The notes under the pieces were generated by a model. The model made no database searches, had not been told where the DNA came from, and saw nothing but the letters and a program-made list of their open reading frames with translations. The translations under genes and the position numbers were made by a program. From a virus, in IMG/VR virus record IMGVR_UViG_3300027852_000036: 64,000 nt of DNA, one strand, 5' to 3'. Shown here one piece after another: positions 53,685-62,916 of this stretch (its first letter is position 1; each line of letters opens with the position of its first letter).

Positions 53685-55061
53685 ATGATTGACCTAGAAG
53701 GGGTAGTATTAGCTAAATTGCTTTCTGAATCTCCCGAGGTTGAACACTACGCTAAGTTAAAGATGGGCTTCTTTTCAGAAATGTATAAGCCTATATACAG
53801 AGCAGTAGTTCGAGTATATCAAACAACGGGCGAGGTGCCTTCCTTTGATACCTTGGAAGTTTTAGTTAAAGACGCTGAATTACAGAACGGGTTGGCTGCC
53901 CTTAAATCTATAGAGCTACCGAACGTCGACCTGGACTTAGCCATTGAGGGTTTGACGGATAAGTACGCACAAACAGAGGCTTTAACCAGTATAGACTCAT
54001 TCCTAGATAAAGTAACGATGTTGAACACTATAGAGATTAAAGAATCACTATCTATGTTAGCGTTGGAACTCGATACCAAGTTACATACGTCAGAAACGGT
54101 AGTATACGCGGATCAGATCCACTTATTCAGAACACAGGAAGAGGACAATCTGGCTAGAATTCCTACAGGCATTAGCAACGAATTTGACGCTAAGGCTGGC
54201 GGATTCTTTAATGAAGATTTAATACTATTAGGTGGTAAGCGAGGAGCAGGTAAATCCTTAGTATGTGCCAACCTAGTAGCTTCTCAATACAAATTAGGCA
54301 AGGTTAGTGTTTACTATACCATCGAAATGTCGAGAGAAGAAACATTAGGGAGAATAATCTGTATATTGGCTAATGTTAGTCATAGTAACTACAGGTTAGG
54401 CGAGCTAAGTAATGAAGAGAAAGTAGCTCTAGCAAAGACACGTAGCGGGATGTTCCTAGGTGCTGACGAGGTTTTAAATGCCTTTATAGCCTCTACGGAG
54501 AAAGACTTGGTAGAGTTTGAGAATGTCTTATTGGATACGTTCGAACTTAATCCGGTTAAACAGATTGTAGTAGTGGATGACAGAGACTTGAGCTTATCTA
54601 GTATAGATCTTACATTACAGAAGTTCAGACTACAGTATAAAGAAAACTTATCATTGGTGGCGATCGACTACCTTAACCAGATTGTATTAGAGAGTTCAGT
54701 TGACCAGTACGACTGGAAAGATCAAATACTGATAAGTAAGCAATTAAAGAATCTTGCTAGGAAGTACGAACTTCCAATTGTTAGCCCGTTTCAGATTGAC
54801 GAATCAGGGCAGGCTAGATTCTCTAAAGGTATTCTTGATGCTTGTGACGTTGCCTTTAATCTAAGCGCAGATGAGCATATAGAGCTGAAGGTTGTGAAAG
54901 CTAGATCCTTTAATGATTCACACACTTTCATACAGCCAATGAATTGGGAGACATTAACTATGGACAATAAGACTATAGAAAGGCCGAAAGAGCCTGAAGA
55001 AGGGGCAGAAGATGGCGGATTCAGGGGACTACCAATGGCTGGGACGGATGACTTAGGATGA
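53685..55061 (+). CDS. DnaB-like replicative helicase (T5 D6-like)
   Basis: IPTG, GGKRGAGKS, YTIEM, IDYLNQI, SPFQID, FSKGILD. Confidence 0.9.
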   Translation: MIDLEGVVLAKLLSESPEVEHYAKLKMGFFSEMYKPIYRAVVRVYQTTGEVPSFDTLEVLVKDAELQNGLAALKSIELPNVDLDLAIEGLTDKYAQTEALTSIDSFLDKVTMLNTIEIKESLSMLALELDTKLHTSETVVYADQIHLFRTQEEDNLARIPTGISNEFDAKAGGFFNEDLILLGGKRGAGKSLVCANLVASQYKLGKVSVYYTIEMSREETLGRIICILANVSHSNYRLGELSNEEKVALAKTRSGMFLGADEVLNAFIASTEKDLVEFENVLLDTFELNPVKQIVVVDDRDLSLSSIDLTLQKFRLQYKENLSLVAIDYLNQIVLESSVDQYDWKDQILISKQLKNLARKYELPIVSPFQIDESGQARFSKGILDACDVAFNLSADEHIELKVVKARSFNDSHTFIQPMNWETLTMDNKTIERPKEPEEGAEDGGFRGLPMAGTDDLG

Positions 55062-55912
55062 CTCCACAAGAGATATTAGACGGAGAAGGCATCTACTACC
55101 TATACAAAGGTAGAGATTTACTGGTACGGTGCCTTTCTCCCGACCACGAAGATTCAAACCCATCCATGCGGGTGGATAAAGTAACAGGTGTTTTTAATTG
55201 CCTATCTTGTGGCTTTAAAGGGAGCCTATATACTAAGTATAAAATTGCAAGAGATATTCAATTTGAACTACTTAGTAAAGTAAAAGGAAAGTTAAGAGAT
55301 ATTGTAATATCTACAGAAGGTAGAAGTATTCCGGAAGGTTCTATAGAGTATAATAGGGCTTCATTCAAAGGGATACCGGCAAAAACTCTTAAAGAATATG
55401 GGGCATTTACTAATGACACAGTATTTCCAGATAGGATAGTATTTCCTATCAAGGATGCCGTAGGAAGGATAATAGCTTTCTCAGCTAGATCTTTGTATAG
55501 CGACCTTCCCCCAAAGTATATCGTATCGCCCGCTGAGGTGGATATACCGTTTTTCCCTGCCATTATTACGCCAGAGTATAATAGTATGTTTATAGTAGAA
55601 GGTATATTTGACTACATAAACTTGAAGTACTTAGGCTGCGACAACGCAGTATGTATATTCGGCACTGTTAAACTAACAGAACGTAATGTAGTGGAAAAAC
55701 TAGCCCCTTACAGGTTGCAGGGCGTGCAGAAGATAAATATAATGATGGACGGCGATGATGCCGGACGTAAAGCTGCTAAAAAGATAAAGTATTTAATTGA
55801 TGATAAAACAGAGTTTGTAACTAACATTGTATACTTAGAAGATGGACAAGACCCCGGTGGTTTAACTCCTGAGCAAGTCGCTAAGTACAAAAGCACGCTG
55901 TATAGCAGCTAG
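55058..55912 (+). CDS. DNA primase (Zn finger + TOPRIM)
   Basis: CLSPDHEDSNPS...CLSCG, RIVFPI, VEGIFD, MDGDDAG, DPG. Confidence 0.92.
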   Translation: MTPQEILDGEGIYYLYKGRDLLVRCLSPDHEDSNPSMRVDKVTGVFNCLSCGFKGSLYTKYKIARDIQFELLSKVKGKLRDIVISTEGRSIPEGSIEYNRASFKGIPAKTLKEYGAFTNDTVFPDRIVFPIKDAVGRIIAFSARSLYSDLPPKYIVSPAEVDIPFFPAIITPEYNSMFIVEGIFDYINLKYLGCDNAVCIFGTVKLTERNVVEKLAPYRLQGVQKINIMMDGDDAGRKAAKKIKYLIDDKTEFVTNIVYLEDGQDPGGLTPEQVAKYKSTLYSS

Positions 55913-55921
55913 AGAGACATT

Positions 55922-56533
55922 ATGGGAATGGAATTACCACCGCACACTTTATATTCAGTAGAGTCAGGATCTGGCTACAAGTACAGATTGTTTGTAGGCG
56001 ATCTAGCGCACGAGCCGCAAGAACTACACGATATATTAAACGCACTTAGAGATACTACTCCGTTTGATACCTTAGAGGTTAGGGTTAACTCAGGAGGTGG
56101 CTTCTGTAAGAATGGGAAAGCGTTGATCAACGTATTGAACGATAAATTCGCTGGGCGAGTAGACACTGTACTAGAGTCAGATGCTCATAGTATGGGAGCT
56201 ATGGTATTTCTAGCAGGAAATAACCGTATTATCTACCCAGACTCGGAGATCATGTTTCACGATGTAGCGGTGGGACTACCATACACAAAACTGGGCATTT
56301 CAGCATCTCGATTAGCAACACTGAGAGACGCCGCACACGCTGGATTAGTAGCAGATTTGTCCCCGTACTTAGAAGAGGAAGTAATTGCCTCAATCTTAGA
56401 CGGTGAGGACTACTACATGTATTCTAAAGATATGTGTGCTACTGGAATTGCTACACACGTAAGCGTTGGAAGCAATACGCTGGTAACAGCACAAGATTAC
56501 TTGAAACTAATAACCTCTAGCACTGAGGAGTAA
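55922..56533 (+). CDS. ClpP-like serine protease
   Basis: VNSGGG, AHSMG (catalytic Ser), IMFHD (catalytic His). Confidence 0.75.
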   Translation: MGMELPPHTLYSVESGSGYKYRLFVGDLAHEPQELHDILNALRDTTPFDTLEVRVNSGGGFCKNGKALINVLNDKFAGRVDTVLESDAHSMGAMVFLAGNNRIIYPDSEIMFHDVAVGLPYTKLGISASRLATLRDAAHAGLVADLSPYLEEEVIASILDGEDYYMYSKDMCATGIATHVSVGSNTLVTAQDYLKLITSSTEE

Positions 56534-56535
56534 AA

Positions 56536-58830
56536 ATGAAAATAGCTATCATAGACAAGCAGCCCGGAAACATTGATTATATCAAATATTTCGGACTTGA
56601 TGAGTATACAGATAGCATAGAGTTGCACAGCCTTGTTCAAACTAAAATGAGCAAGGTCTTACGAAAGGATGTAACACTGGAGTTCGACGATACAGGTTAC
56701 GACTTTGTAGTATTAGTAGGTGCTGAGGCCTGTAAGTTTATAGCCAACGTATCTAGTCCCACGGCTAATGCGGGACTCTTGATTGAAGATAAGTATATTC
56801 CGATGATGAATCCTTCGGTACTGTCCTTCAAGCCTGCTATGCAGCCTATGTTTGATATTTCTGTTAAGAAATGCGCGGCTCATATCTGTGGGACGTATAA
56901 AGAAGTCATACTAGACGTAGACCATACGGAAGACGGAAAAGTTGCACTAGAGTGGTTAAAAGAGGCGTTGAATTACGATGTAATTGCGCTAGATTCGGAA
57001 ACCAGCTCATTTTACATTCGAGATGGCTACTTACTAGGAATATCTATAACGTGGGCGAAGGATCAAGGCAAGTATATTTCTGCTGACGTACTGGATGAAG
57101 AACGTATCGAGGTACTTCAGGAAATACTAGATACAAAGACATGTGTGTTCCATAACGCTAAGTTCGATATTAAGTGGTTTGAGTACCACTTAGGGTTGAA
57201 AGTACCTTTTGTTCATGACACGATGTTACTGCATTATTTGCTAGATGAGACTCAAGGTAGTCATGGTTTGAAAGCTCTGGCACTTAAATACACTGGGTAC
57301 GGCGATTATGACGCAGAATTAGCGGATTTTAAGGATGCCTATTGTAAGCGTCATGGAATTAATACGACTGACTTTTCCTACGCATTTATACCTTTTGATA
57401 TTATCGGGAAGTATGCTGCGATTGATACGGCAGCGACATTCGTCCTTTATGAGAAGTTTATGCCGATTGTAGCGAAGTCGGAACAGTTGAATCGAGTATA
57501 TAACGATATAATGGTTCCAGGAATGAGATTCCTGCTCGATATTGAGGAAAACGGTGTTCCATTTGACGGTACTAGATTACAACTAGCACAAACGCAGATG
57601 GATTCCGATATAGGTGTTCTAAAGAGTGAGATTTACGACTATCCGGAAGTTAAGGCGTTGGAGGCTGAGCTAGGTAAGGTATTTAATCCAAACTCAGTAC
57701 AGCAGTTACGAACTTTACTATTTACGCATTGCGGTTTGCGGCCTACTGGTAGAAAAACTGGTACTGGTGCAGATAGTACAGATGCTATCGTACTAGCCCA
57801 ATTGGCTGAGCAACATCCTTTGCCTAAGTTGATCTTAGACATTAGGCAGAAGACTAAGATTAAGAGCACGTACTTAGATAAAATTATATCAGGTATCGAT
57901 CCTGATGGAAGACTGAGAACAGGGTTCAATATTACCAGCACTACTAGCGGTCGATTGAGTAGTAGTGGTAAACTGAACATGCAGCAGCTTCCTAGGGACA
58001 ACAAGCTGGTTAAAGGCTGTATTAAAGCCCCTGAAGGATACAAGATTGTATCACAGGATTTGGGTACAGCGGAAATGTACTACGCTGCTGCCTTATCAGG
58101 AGATAAGAAGCTACAAGGCGTGTTTCAGAGCGGTTCGGATTTCCATAGTACGATTGCCCATCAAGTATTTGGGCTGCCATGTGAGATCAGTGAAGTATCC
58201 AGTTTATATGGGTCTTTCCGACAAGCTGCAAAAGCCATATCATTCGGCATATTGTACGGTAGTGGGCCAGCAAAGGTCGCTGAAACAGTTAGTACGTTTA
58301 ATGCCGAAAACGGTATTAATGAATCATTTACAGTTGAAGATGCTAAGGAAGCGATCGCGCTTTACTTTAAGACGTATAGCACGCTTAAAGCTTGGTTAGC
58401 TTCTTGTCAGAAAGAAATCAAGACCAAAGGCTGTATTTACTCAGCATTTGGAAGAAAGCGTAGGTTACGTGATGTATTCTCTAATGACAAAGGATTAGCA
58501 GGGTCTCAGGTTCGTTCTGGAGTTAACTTTTTAATCCAGTCTGTAGCTTCGGATGTTAACTTAATGGCATCTATAGACTTAAACAACTGTATAAAGAAAG
58601 AACACGCCGGAAAAGCTGAAATCTTCGCTCTAGTACACGATTCAATCATATCTCTAGTAAGGGATGACTTTGTTGAAGAGTACTGCGAATTGGCTAAAAC
58701 TATAACCCAGATGGATAGAGGTGTTAGTATCTCTAATAGTCCGATCACTGTAGACACTGAGATCGGTCAGGACTATTCCTTTGATGGGTTCGAAAAGCAG
58801 TATCCTGAGCTGTTTGAGGAGGCAGGGTGA
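56536..58830 (+). CDS. DNA polymerase, family A (T5-like) with 3'-5' exonuclease
   Basis: DSETS, HNAKFD, YAAIDT, TTSGRLSS, DLGTAE, RQAAKAISFGILYG, VHDS. Confidence 0.96.
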   Translation: MKIAIIDKQPGNIDYIKYFGLDEYTDSIELHSLVQTKMSKVLRKDVTLEFDDTGYDFVVLVGAEACKFIANVSSPTANAGLLIEDKYIPMMNPSVLSFKPAMQPMFDISVKKCAAHICGTYKEVILDVDHTEDGKVALEWLKEALNYDVIALDSETSSFYIRDGYLLGISITWAKDQGKYISADVLDEERIEVLQEILDTKTCVFHNAKFDIKWFEYHLGLKVPFVHDTMLLHYLLDETQGSHGLKALALKYTGYGDYDAELADFKDAYCKRHGINTTDFSYAFIPFDIIGKYAAIDTAATFVLYEKFMPIVAKSEQLNRVYNDIMVPGMRFLLDIEENGVPFDGTRLQLAQTQMDSDIGVLKSEIYDYPEVKALEAELGKVFNPNSVQQLRTLLFTHCGLRPTGRKTGTGADSTDAIVLAQLAEQHPLPKLILDIRQKTKIKSTYLDKIISGIDPDGRLRTGFNITSTTSGRLSSSGKLNMQQLPRDNKLVKGCIKAPEGYKIVSQDLGTAEMYYAAALSGDKKLQGVFQSGSDFHSTIAHQVFGLPCEISEVSSLYGSFRQAAKAISFGILYGSGPAKVAETVSTFNAENGINESFTVEDAKEAIALYFKTYSTLKAWLASCQKEIKTKGCIYSAFGRKRRLRDVFSNDKGLAGSQVRSGVNFLIQSVASDVNLMASIDLNNCIKKEHAGKAEIFALVHDSIISLVRDDFVEEYCELAKTITQMDRGVSISNSPITVDTEIGQDYSFDGFEKQYPELFEEAG

Positions 58831-59333
58831 AAATATCGGAAGTAACCTTTCCGGTCTATAAAATGCCTAATGGGAAGATAACTAGAGAAGGTACTGTAGT
58901 TATCATTACCAACGACCATGGACGATCTACAGTACTTGATGATACTAGCCTGTACGGGTCATTTGGAAGCAGGCGGATCAAGTTGGGTGAAAAGGTGGGA
59001 GAGAAACTCGTAGCAAAGCTGAAGAAGGGCTTTCCCACTATCCAGTCTTTAGTAGTGAGGTCGAAAGACCTCTACGTTGACTCCAACGGTAAGTTATTTA
59101 ATTATGTACCTTCCGTTACGTGCAAGATCACTTACTATCCTGTAGTAAGTCAGGTAGTCCGTAAACAATCTAGCCCATTGGCATACTTGAAGGGTTATCC
59201 TACTCCAGTTAAAATACCTATGCCACTGTCTGAAGACAGTGATTGGTATTTAGGAATCGGCGTCTACGAAGGAGGGACTATCCTATTTGATATTTCCGAC
59301 ACTATGAAAAAGAAAACGTGGCGTAAGATATGA
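58827..59333 (+). CDS. T5-conserved hypothetical protein downstream of the polymerase
   Basis: FPVY...VLDD...RRI...YVDSNGK...TWRKI; synteny. Confidence 0.7.
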   Translation: MKISEVTFPVYKMPNGKITREGTVVIITNDHGRSTVLDDTSLYGSFGSRRIKLGEKVGEKLVAKLKKGFPTIQSLVVRSKDLYVDSNGKLFNYVPSVTCKITYYPVVSQVVRKQSSPLAYLKGYPTPVKIPMPLSEDSDWYLGIGVYEGGTILFDISDTMKKKTWRKI

Positions 59334-60625
59334 AGGCAGTTATTAGTGACCATATCTACATATCTGTAGATGATGAGTTGAAAGAATCGCTTATGGCGGA
59401 ATTAACCTATAAGCTAACAAAAACAGTAAGGGGAGGAAAGAAAGTACCCTACAAAGAGAAGAAGTACGTAGTCGTTAGAGACAATATTCTAGCGATACCG
59501 GTAGGTCGATACGATCTGATACCGGAAGGGCACGAAATAGTAGATAAACGAGCAAGCCCTGAAGCAGACTTCCCGGACTTTAAGTTTGAACTACGGGACG
59601 ATCAGAAGGTAGTAGTAGAAGACATAGAAGGTAGTGCAATTATTAATGCCCAACCAAGTTGGGGTAAGACTTTCTGCGGTATCGCTACTGCCCAAAGACT
59701 AGGGATGAAGACACTAGTTATAGTACATACTCTATTATTATTTGACCAATGGGTCAGTGAGATAGAGAAGACACTAGGGATTAAGCCTGGAGTTATAACG
59801 GCAGGTAAGTATGATATAGATAGTCCCATAGTAGTATCTAATATCCAGTCTTTGAAGAAGCACGTTAGTAAGATAACTAAGGAATTCGGTGTAGTTATTG
59901 TAGATGAGGCACACCATACGCCTGCATCTACATTTACTGGAATCTTATTAAAACTACATAGTAAGGTTAAGATAGCACTATCCGCTACCCTTAACAGGAA
60001 AGATGGTTTGGGAGTATTCCTCCCCGGATTTTTCTCTACCAACATATATGTACCGAAGGAGGCTAACCATATTAAGCCTACTATTCTTACATATAATACA
60101 GGTATTACTTTTAATGATGATAACGGAGTGCCTTGGGCACTTAGGATAAACGAACTATATAACGATGAAGCCTTTCAGAATCTAGTAATGTGTTTGGCTC
60201 TTACTTTTGTGCAGAAAGGGCATCCGACACTAGTAGTAGCCAATAGAGTGGCACTGCTAGGGCACTTCCACGAAATACTGGGAGAGGGTTCCATACTTAT
60301 AACGGGAGCTACTAAGAACAGAGATGAGTTATTGGATACAGTAAGAAGTGGAGAGAATAACCTTATATTTGGTACCTCCTCTATATTCCAAGAAGGAATC
60401 AACATCCCTAGACTGTCTTGTTTGATTGCAGCGCAGCCCATTAACAATGCTTCTATGATACAACAGTTAACTGGTCGAATTGCTAGAGAGTGTGAGGGTA
60501 AACTCCCTCCTGTAGCAATAGATCTAGTGTTACATGGTCGTACTGCTAGGAAGCAATATAATAGTAGACTAGCTACTTATGCTGCTTTAGGGTACTCAGT
60601 AACTAAACTGGAGAAGATAGAGTAA
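59330..60625 (+). CDS. D10: Superfamily II helicase (T5 D10-like)
   Basis: QPSWGKT, DEAH, SAT, QLTGRIAR. Confidence 0.9.
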   Translation: MKAVISDHIYISVDDELKESLMAELTYKLTKTVRGGKKVPYKEKKYVVVRDNILAIPVGRYDLIPEGHEIVDKRASPEADFPDFKFELRDDQKVVVEDIEGSAIINAQPSWGKTFCGIATAQRLGMKTLVIVHTLLLFDQWVSEIEKTLGIKPGVITAGKYDIDSPIVVSNIQSLKKHVSKITKEFGVVIVDEAHHTPASTFTGILLKLHSKVKIALSATLNRKDGLGVFLPGFFSTNIYVPKEANHIKPTILTYNTGITFNDDNGVPWALRINELYNDEAFQNLVMCLALTFVQKGHPTLVVANRVALLGHFHEILGEGSILITGATKNRDELLDTVRSGENNLIFGTSSIFQEGINIPRLSCLIAAQPINNASMIQQLTGRIARECEGKLPPVAIDLVLHGRTARKQYNSRLATYAALGYSVTKLEKIE

Positions 60626-60966
60626 TGGATACTCCAACTATAACTAAATTTGATACAAAGGCAACATTAGGAGGCAGACCCTCCACACTGTACATGCTGT
60701 TTGCTAACTTAGAAAGTGCCCCCGGACAGTCATTCTTGACAGGGTACGATGAACTAAAGAGAACAGCATTCCAGCTAGATTTAGCCGAGTTAAAGGTTTA
60801 TCTATTTCTAGCTGGGTGTAGGAACTACGTTAAGTTCCTATACACCGGCGACTTAGGTCTCAGCGTAGACCTAGTGCCATTCAGCATGAAGGCAATAGAA
60901 CTCAATAGTCTTCTAACTTTAAGAAAACAAACGGTATTCTTCAGATTTGAAGAAGAAAGGACATAA
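60625..60966 (+). CDS. Hypothetical protein
   Basis: 113 aa between D10 and D11. Confidence 0.6.
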   Translation: MDTPTITKFDTKATLGGRPSTLYMLFANLESAPGQSFLTGYDELKRTAFQLDLAELKVYLFLAGCRNYVKFLYTGDLGLSVDLVPFSMKAIELNSLLTLRKQTVFFRFEEERT

Positions 60967-60970
60967 TACA

Positions 60971-61672
60971 ATGGCTTTAGATTTTAACAAAATTAGTGGT
61001 TCAGCGAAGAAAGGTGGTACATTTTTAAAGTGGGTTCCAGGCTCCAACCAGTTTCGTATGGTAGGTGGTGTGTTACCCCGATATATGTACTGGGTTAAAG
61101 GTGCTGACGGCTCGAATCATCCCTTTGAATGTTTAGGTTTTGATCGAGACCAAGAATCCTTTACTAACGAGGAAAAGGACTGGGTACAGGAGATGGTAAC
61201 CGTTGTAGTTGACGGTGAGAAAGTACCTGCACAGTGTGCATGGTCATATACTTGTTTAGGTATTGATCGTAAAGACGGCAAAGTTAAAGTAATCCCCCTC
61301 AAGAAGAAAATGACAGAAGCCATTATAGCTAGTGCTGGTCGCTTAGGTGATCCCACTAATCCTGAAACAGGCTACGATATTATCGTAGATCGCAAAAAGA
61401 CTGGTTCCAACGCTTACAACGTTGAGTACAACCTAGACATATTAGGTATGGCTGCTGAGACCAACAAAACCCCTCTTACTGATGCTGAAAAGCAGGCAGT
61501 AGCGGATTCCCCTACAATCACCGAGTTAACTAAGCGAGAGACTCCAGATGCTCAGTTAGCACGATTACAGAAAGTACTCGGAATAGAAGCTAAGGAAGAC
61601 ACACCTAATCCTTCTAGTAACGATGATGACGATGATCTTCCCGGCTTTGACGGCGGAGACTTCGACAGTTAA
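60971..61672 (+). CDS. D11: Single-stranded DNA-binding protein (T5 D11-like)
   Basis: MALDFNK...RMVGGVLPRYMYWVKG...PFECLGFDR...KKKMTEAI...GDPT; acidic aromatic tail DDDDDLPGFDGGDFDS. Confidence 0.85.
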   Translation: MALDFNKISGSAKKGGTFLKWVPGSNQFRMVGGVLPRYMYWVKGADGSNHPFECLGFDRDQESFTNEEKDWVQEMVTVVVDGEKVPAQCAWSYTCLGIDRKDGKVKVIPLKKKMTEAIIASAGRLGDPTNPETGYDIIVDRKKTGSNAYNVEYNLDILGMAAETNKTPLTDAEKQAVADSPTITELTKRETPDAQLARLQKVLGIEAKEDTPNPSSNDDDDDLPGFDGGDFDS

Positions 61673-61768
61673 ACAGCTTAAGCCGCTACACTTGGAACGT
61701 TTTGATGGCGAAGCCTTTCGACAGGTAAACAGACTAAGCTGTAGCGGCTTACCTTACTTGGAGGTATT

Positions 61769-61960
61769 ATGGACGGATTTTCAGTTGTATCAGAACATGA
61801 GCTGTACCTTATTAGGGAAACGCTGGATGAAGATACTATAGAGGAGACTCACGATAGTAATGGATATTACTTGACTGATATTGAGACAGGAACTGTACTA
61901 GGGTATTCTAGTAGACTAGAGGCTAGGGTTCTAACGGAGTTATTGGGGAATCTTTGGTGA
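61769..61960 (+). CDS. Small acidic hypothetical protein
   Basis: 63 aa; GGAGG RBS. Confidence 0.6.
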   Translation: MDGFSVVSEHELYLIRETLDEDTIEETHDSNGYYLTDIETGTVLGYSSRLEARVLTELLGNLW

Positions 61961-62916
61961 AAGTATTATTTATATCTGACCACCATATAAAGCTGGGTCA
62001 GCGTAAAGTCCCGGTAAGTTGGGCTAAGAACAGATTTCAGCAGTTGTGGGATAAGGTAGTAAAAGTAGCTACCGATAAAGGAGTAGCGACCATATTCCAT
62101 GGAGGCGATATATTCGATGACGTACCTTCTATGGCGGAACTAGAAGTGTACGGGAACATGCTTAACGCATTCGCAGATTTTGATAACATTTTAATGCCGG
62201 GAAACCATGAGGCATTAAAGAAAGGAACTTCATTTCTGGAACACTTGCAACCATTGACACCTTTTCCGATAGTGTCTAAGTGGATGCCAGAGGAGGAAGT
62301 GTTAGAAAGGTTTTCAATACCTAATACTAGCATTCTACCCTACACGGACTTGAAGAAGAATATATGGCATAAAGGGGCAAAGAGTAAGATACTATTTACT
62401 CATGTACGAGGTGAGATACCTCCCCATGTAATCCCCGAGGTACCATTAGAGTTATTCGATGGTTGGGAGACAGTCTACGCAGGAGATTTGCATTCACATG
62501 AATTGTGTCAGCGTAATATAGTCTACCCAGGAAGCCCTATTGGTACGACGTTTAGAAGATCAGAGGCTAAAGGCACTAACGGAGTGCTTATTATAGACAC
62601 GGAAACTAATGAGTGGGAGTTTGTCGATTTAGATATGCCCCAACTGATTAAAAAGACCGTGTACTCTGAAGATGAGATAATTCCCACAACCCCGCACCAT
62701 ACCGTGTATGAATTAGTTGGGGCCGAGACTTCCATGAGCAAGGTAGAGCATTCCGATCTGGTTGATAAAAAGATCAGCAATGTAGACTTAGTATCGGAAA
62801 CAGTTACTATAGTAGAAGCGTCAGCGGAAGAAGAGTTATCCGAGTATTTAACACAAAAAGAGGGTATAACAGACCCTAGCCCATATGTAGGGCTGTTTAA
62901 GGATATAATATTATGA
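61957..62916 (+). CDS. D12: Recombination nuclease, SbcD/Mre11-like (T5 D12-like)
   Basis: SDHH, GGDIFD, GNHE, FTHVRGEIPPHV, GDLH, YPGSP. Confidence 0.9.
   Translation: MKVLFISDHHIKLGQRKVPVSWAKNRFQQLWDKVVKVATDKGVATIFHGGDIFDDVPSMAELEVYGNMLNAFADFDNILMPGNHEALKKGTSFLEHLQPLTPFPIVSKWMPEEEVLERFSIPNTSILPYTDLKKNIWHKGAKSKILFTHVRGEIPPHVIPEVPLELFDGWETVYAGDLHSHELCQRNIVYPGSPIGTTFRRSEAKGTNGVLIIDTETNEWEFVDLDMPQLIKKTVYSEDEIIPTTPHHTVYELVGAETSMSKVEHSDLVDKKISNVDLVSETVTIVEASAEEELSEYLTQKEGITDPSPYVGLFKDIIL

Noticed and set aside
45527-58830. Introns, inteins or homing endonucleases in nrdA, nrdB, helicase or polymerase
   Set aside because: The ORFs are continuous and of ordinary length, with no splice-junction or endonuclease motifs.
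1532-62093. GCGACCAT explained as a codon or amino-acid bias
   Set aside because: It occurs in several reading frames, on non-coding strands and in intergenic DNA; it is kept as a finding, pending a formal null model.
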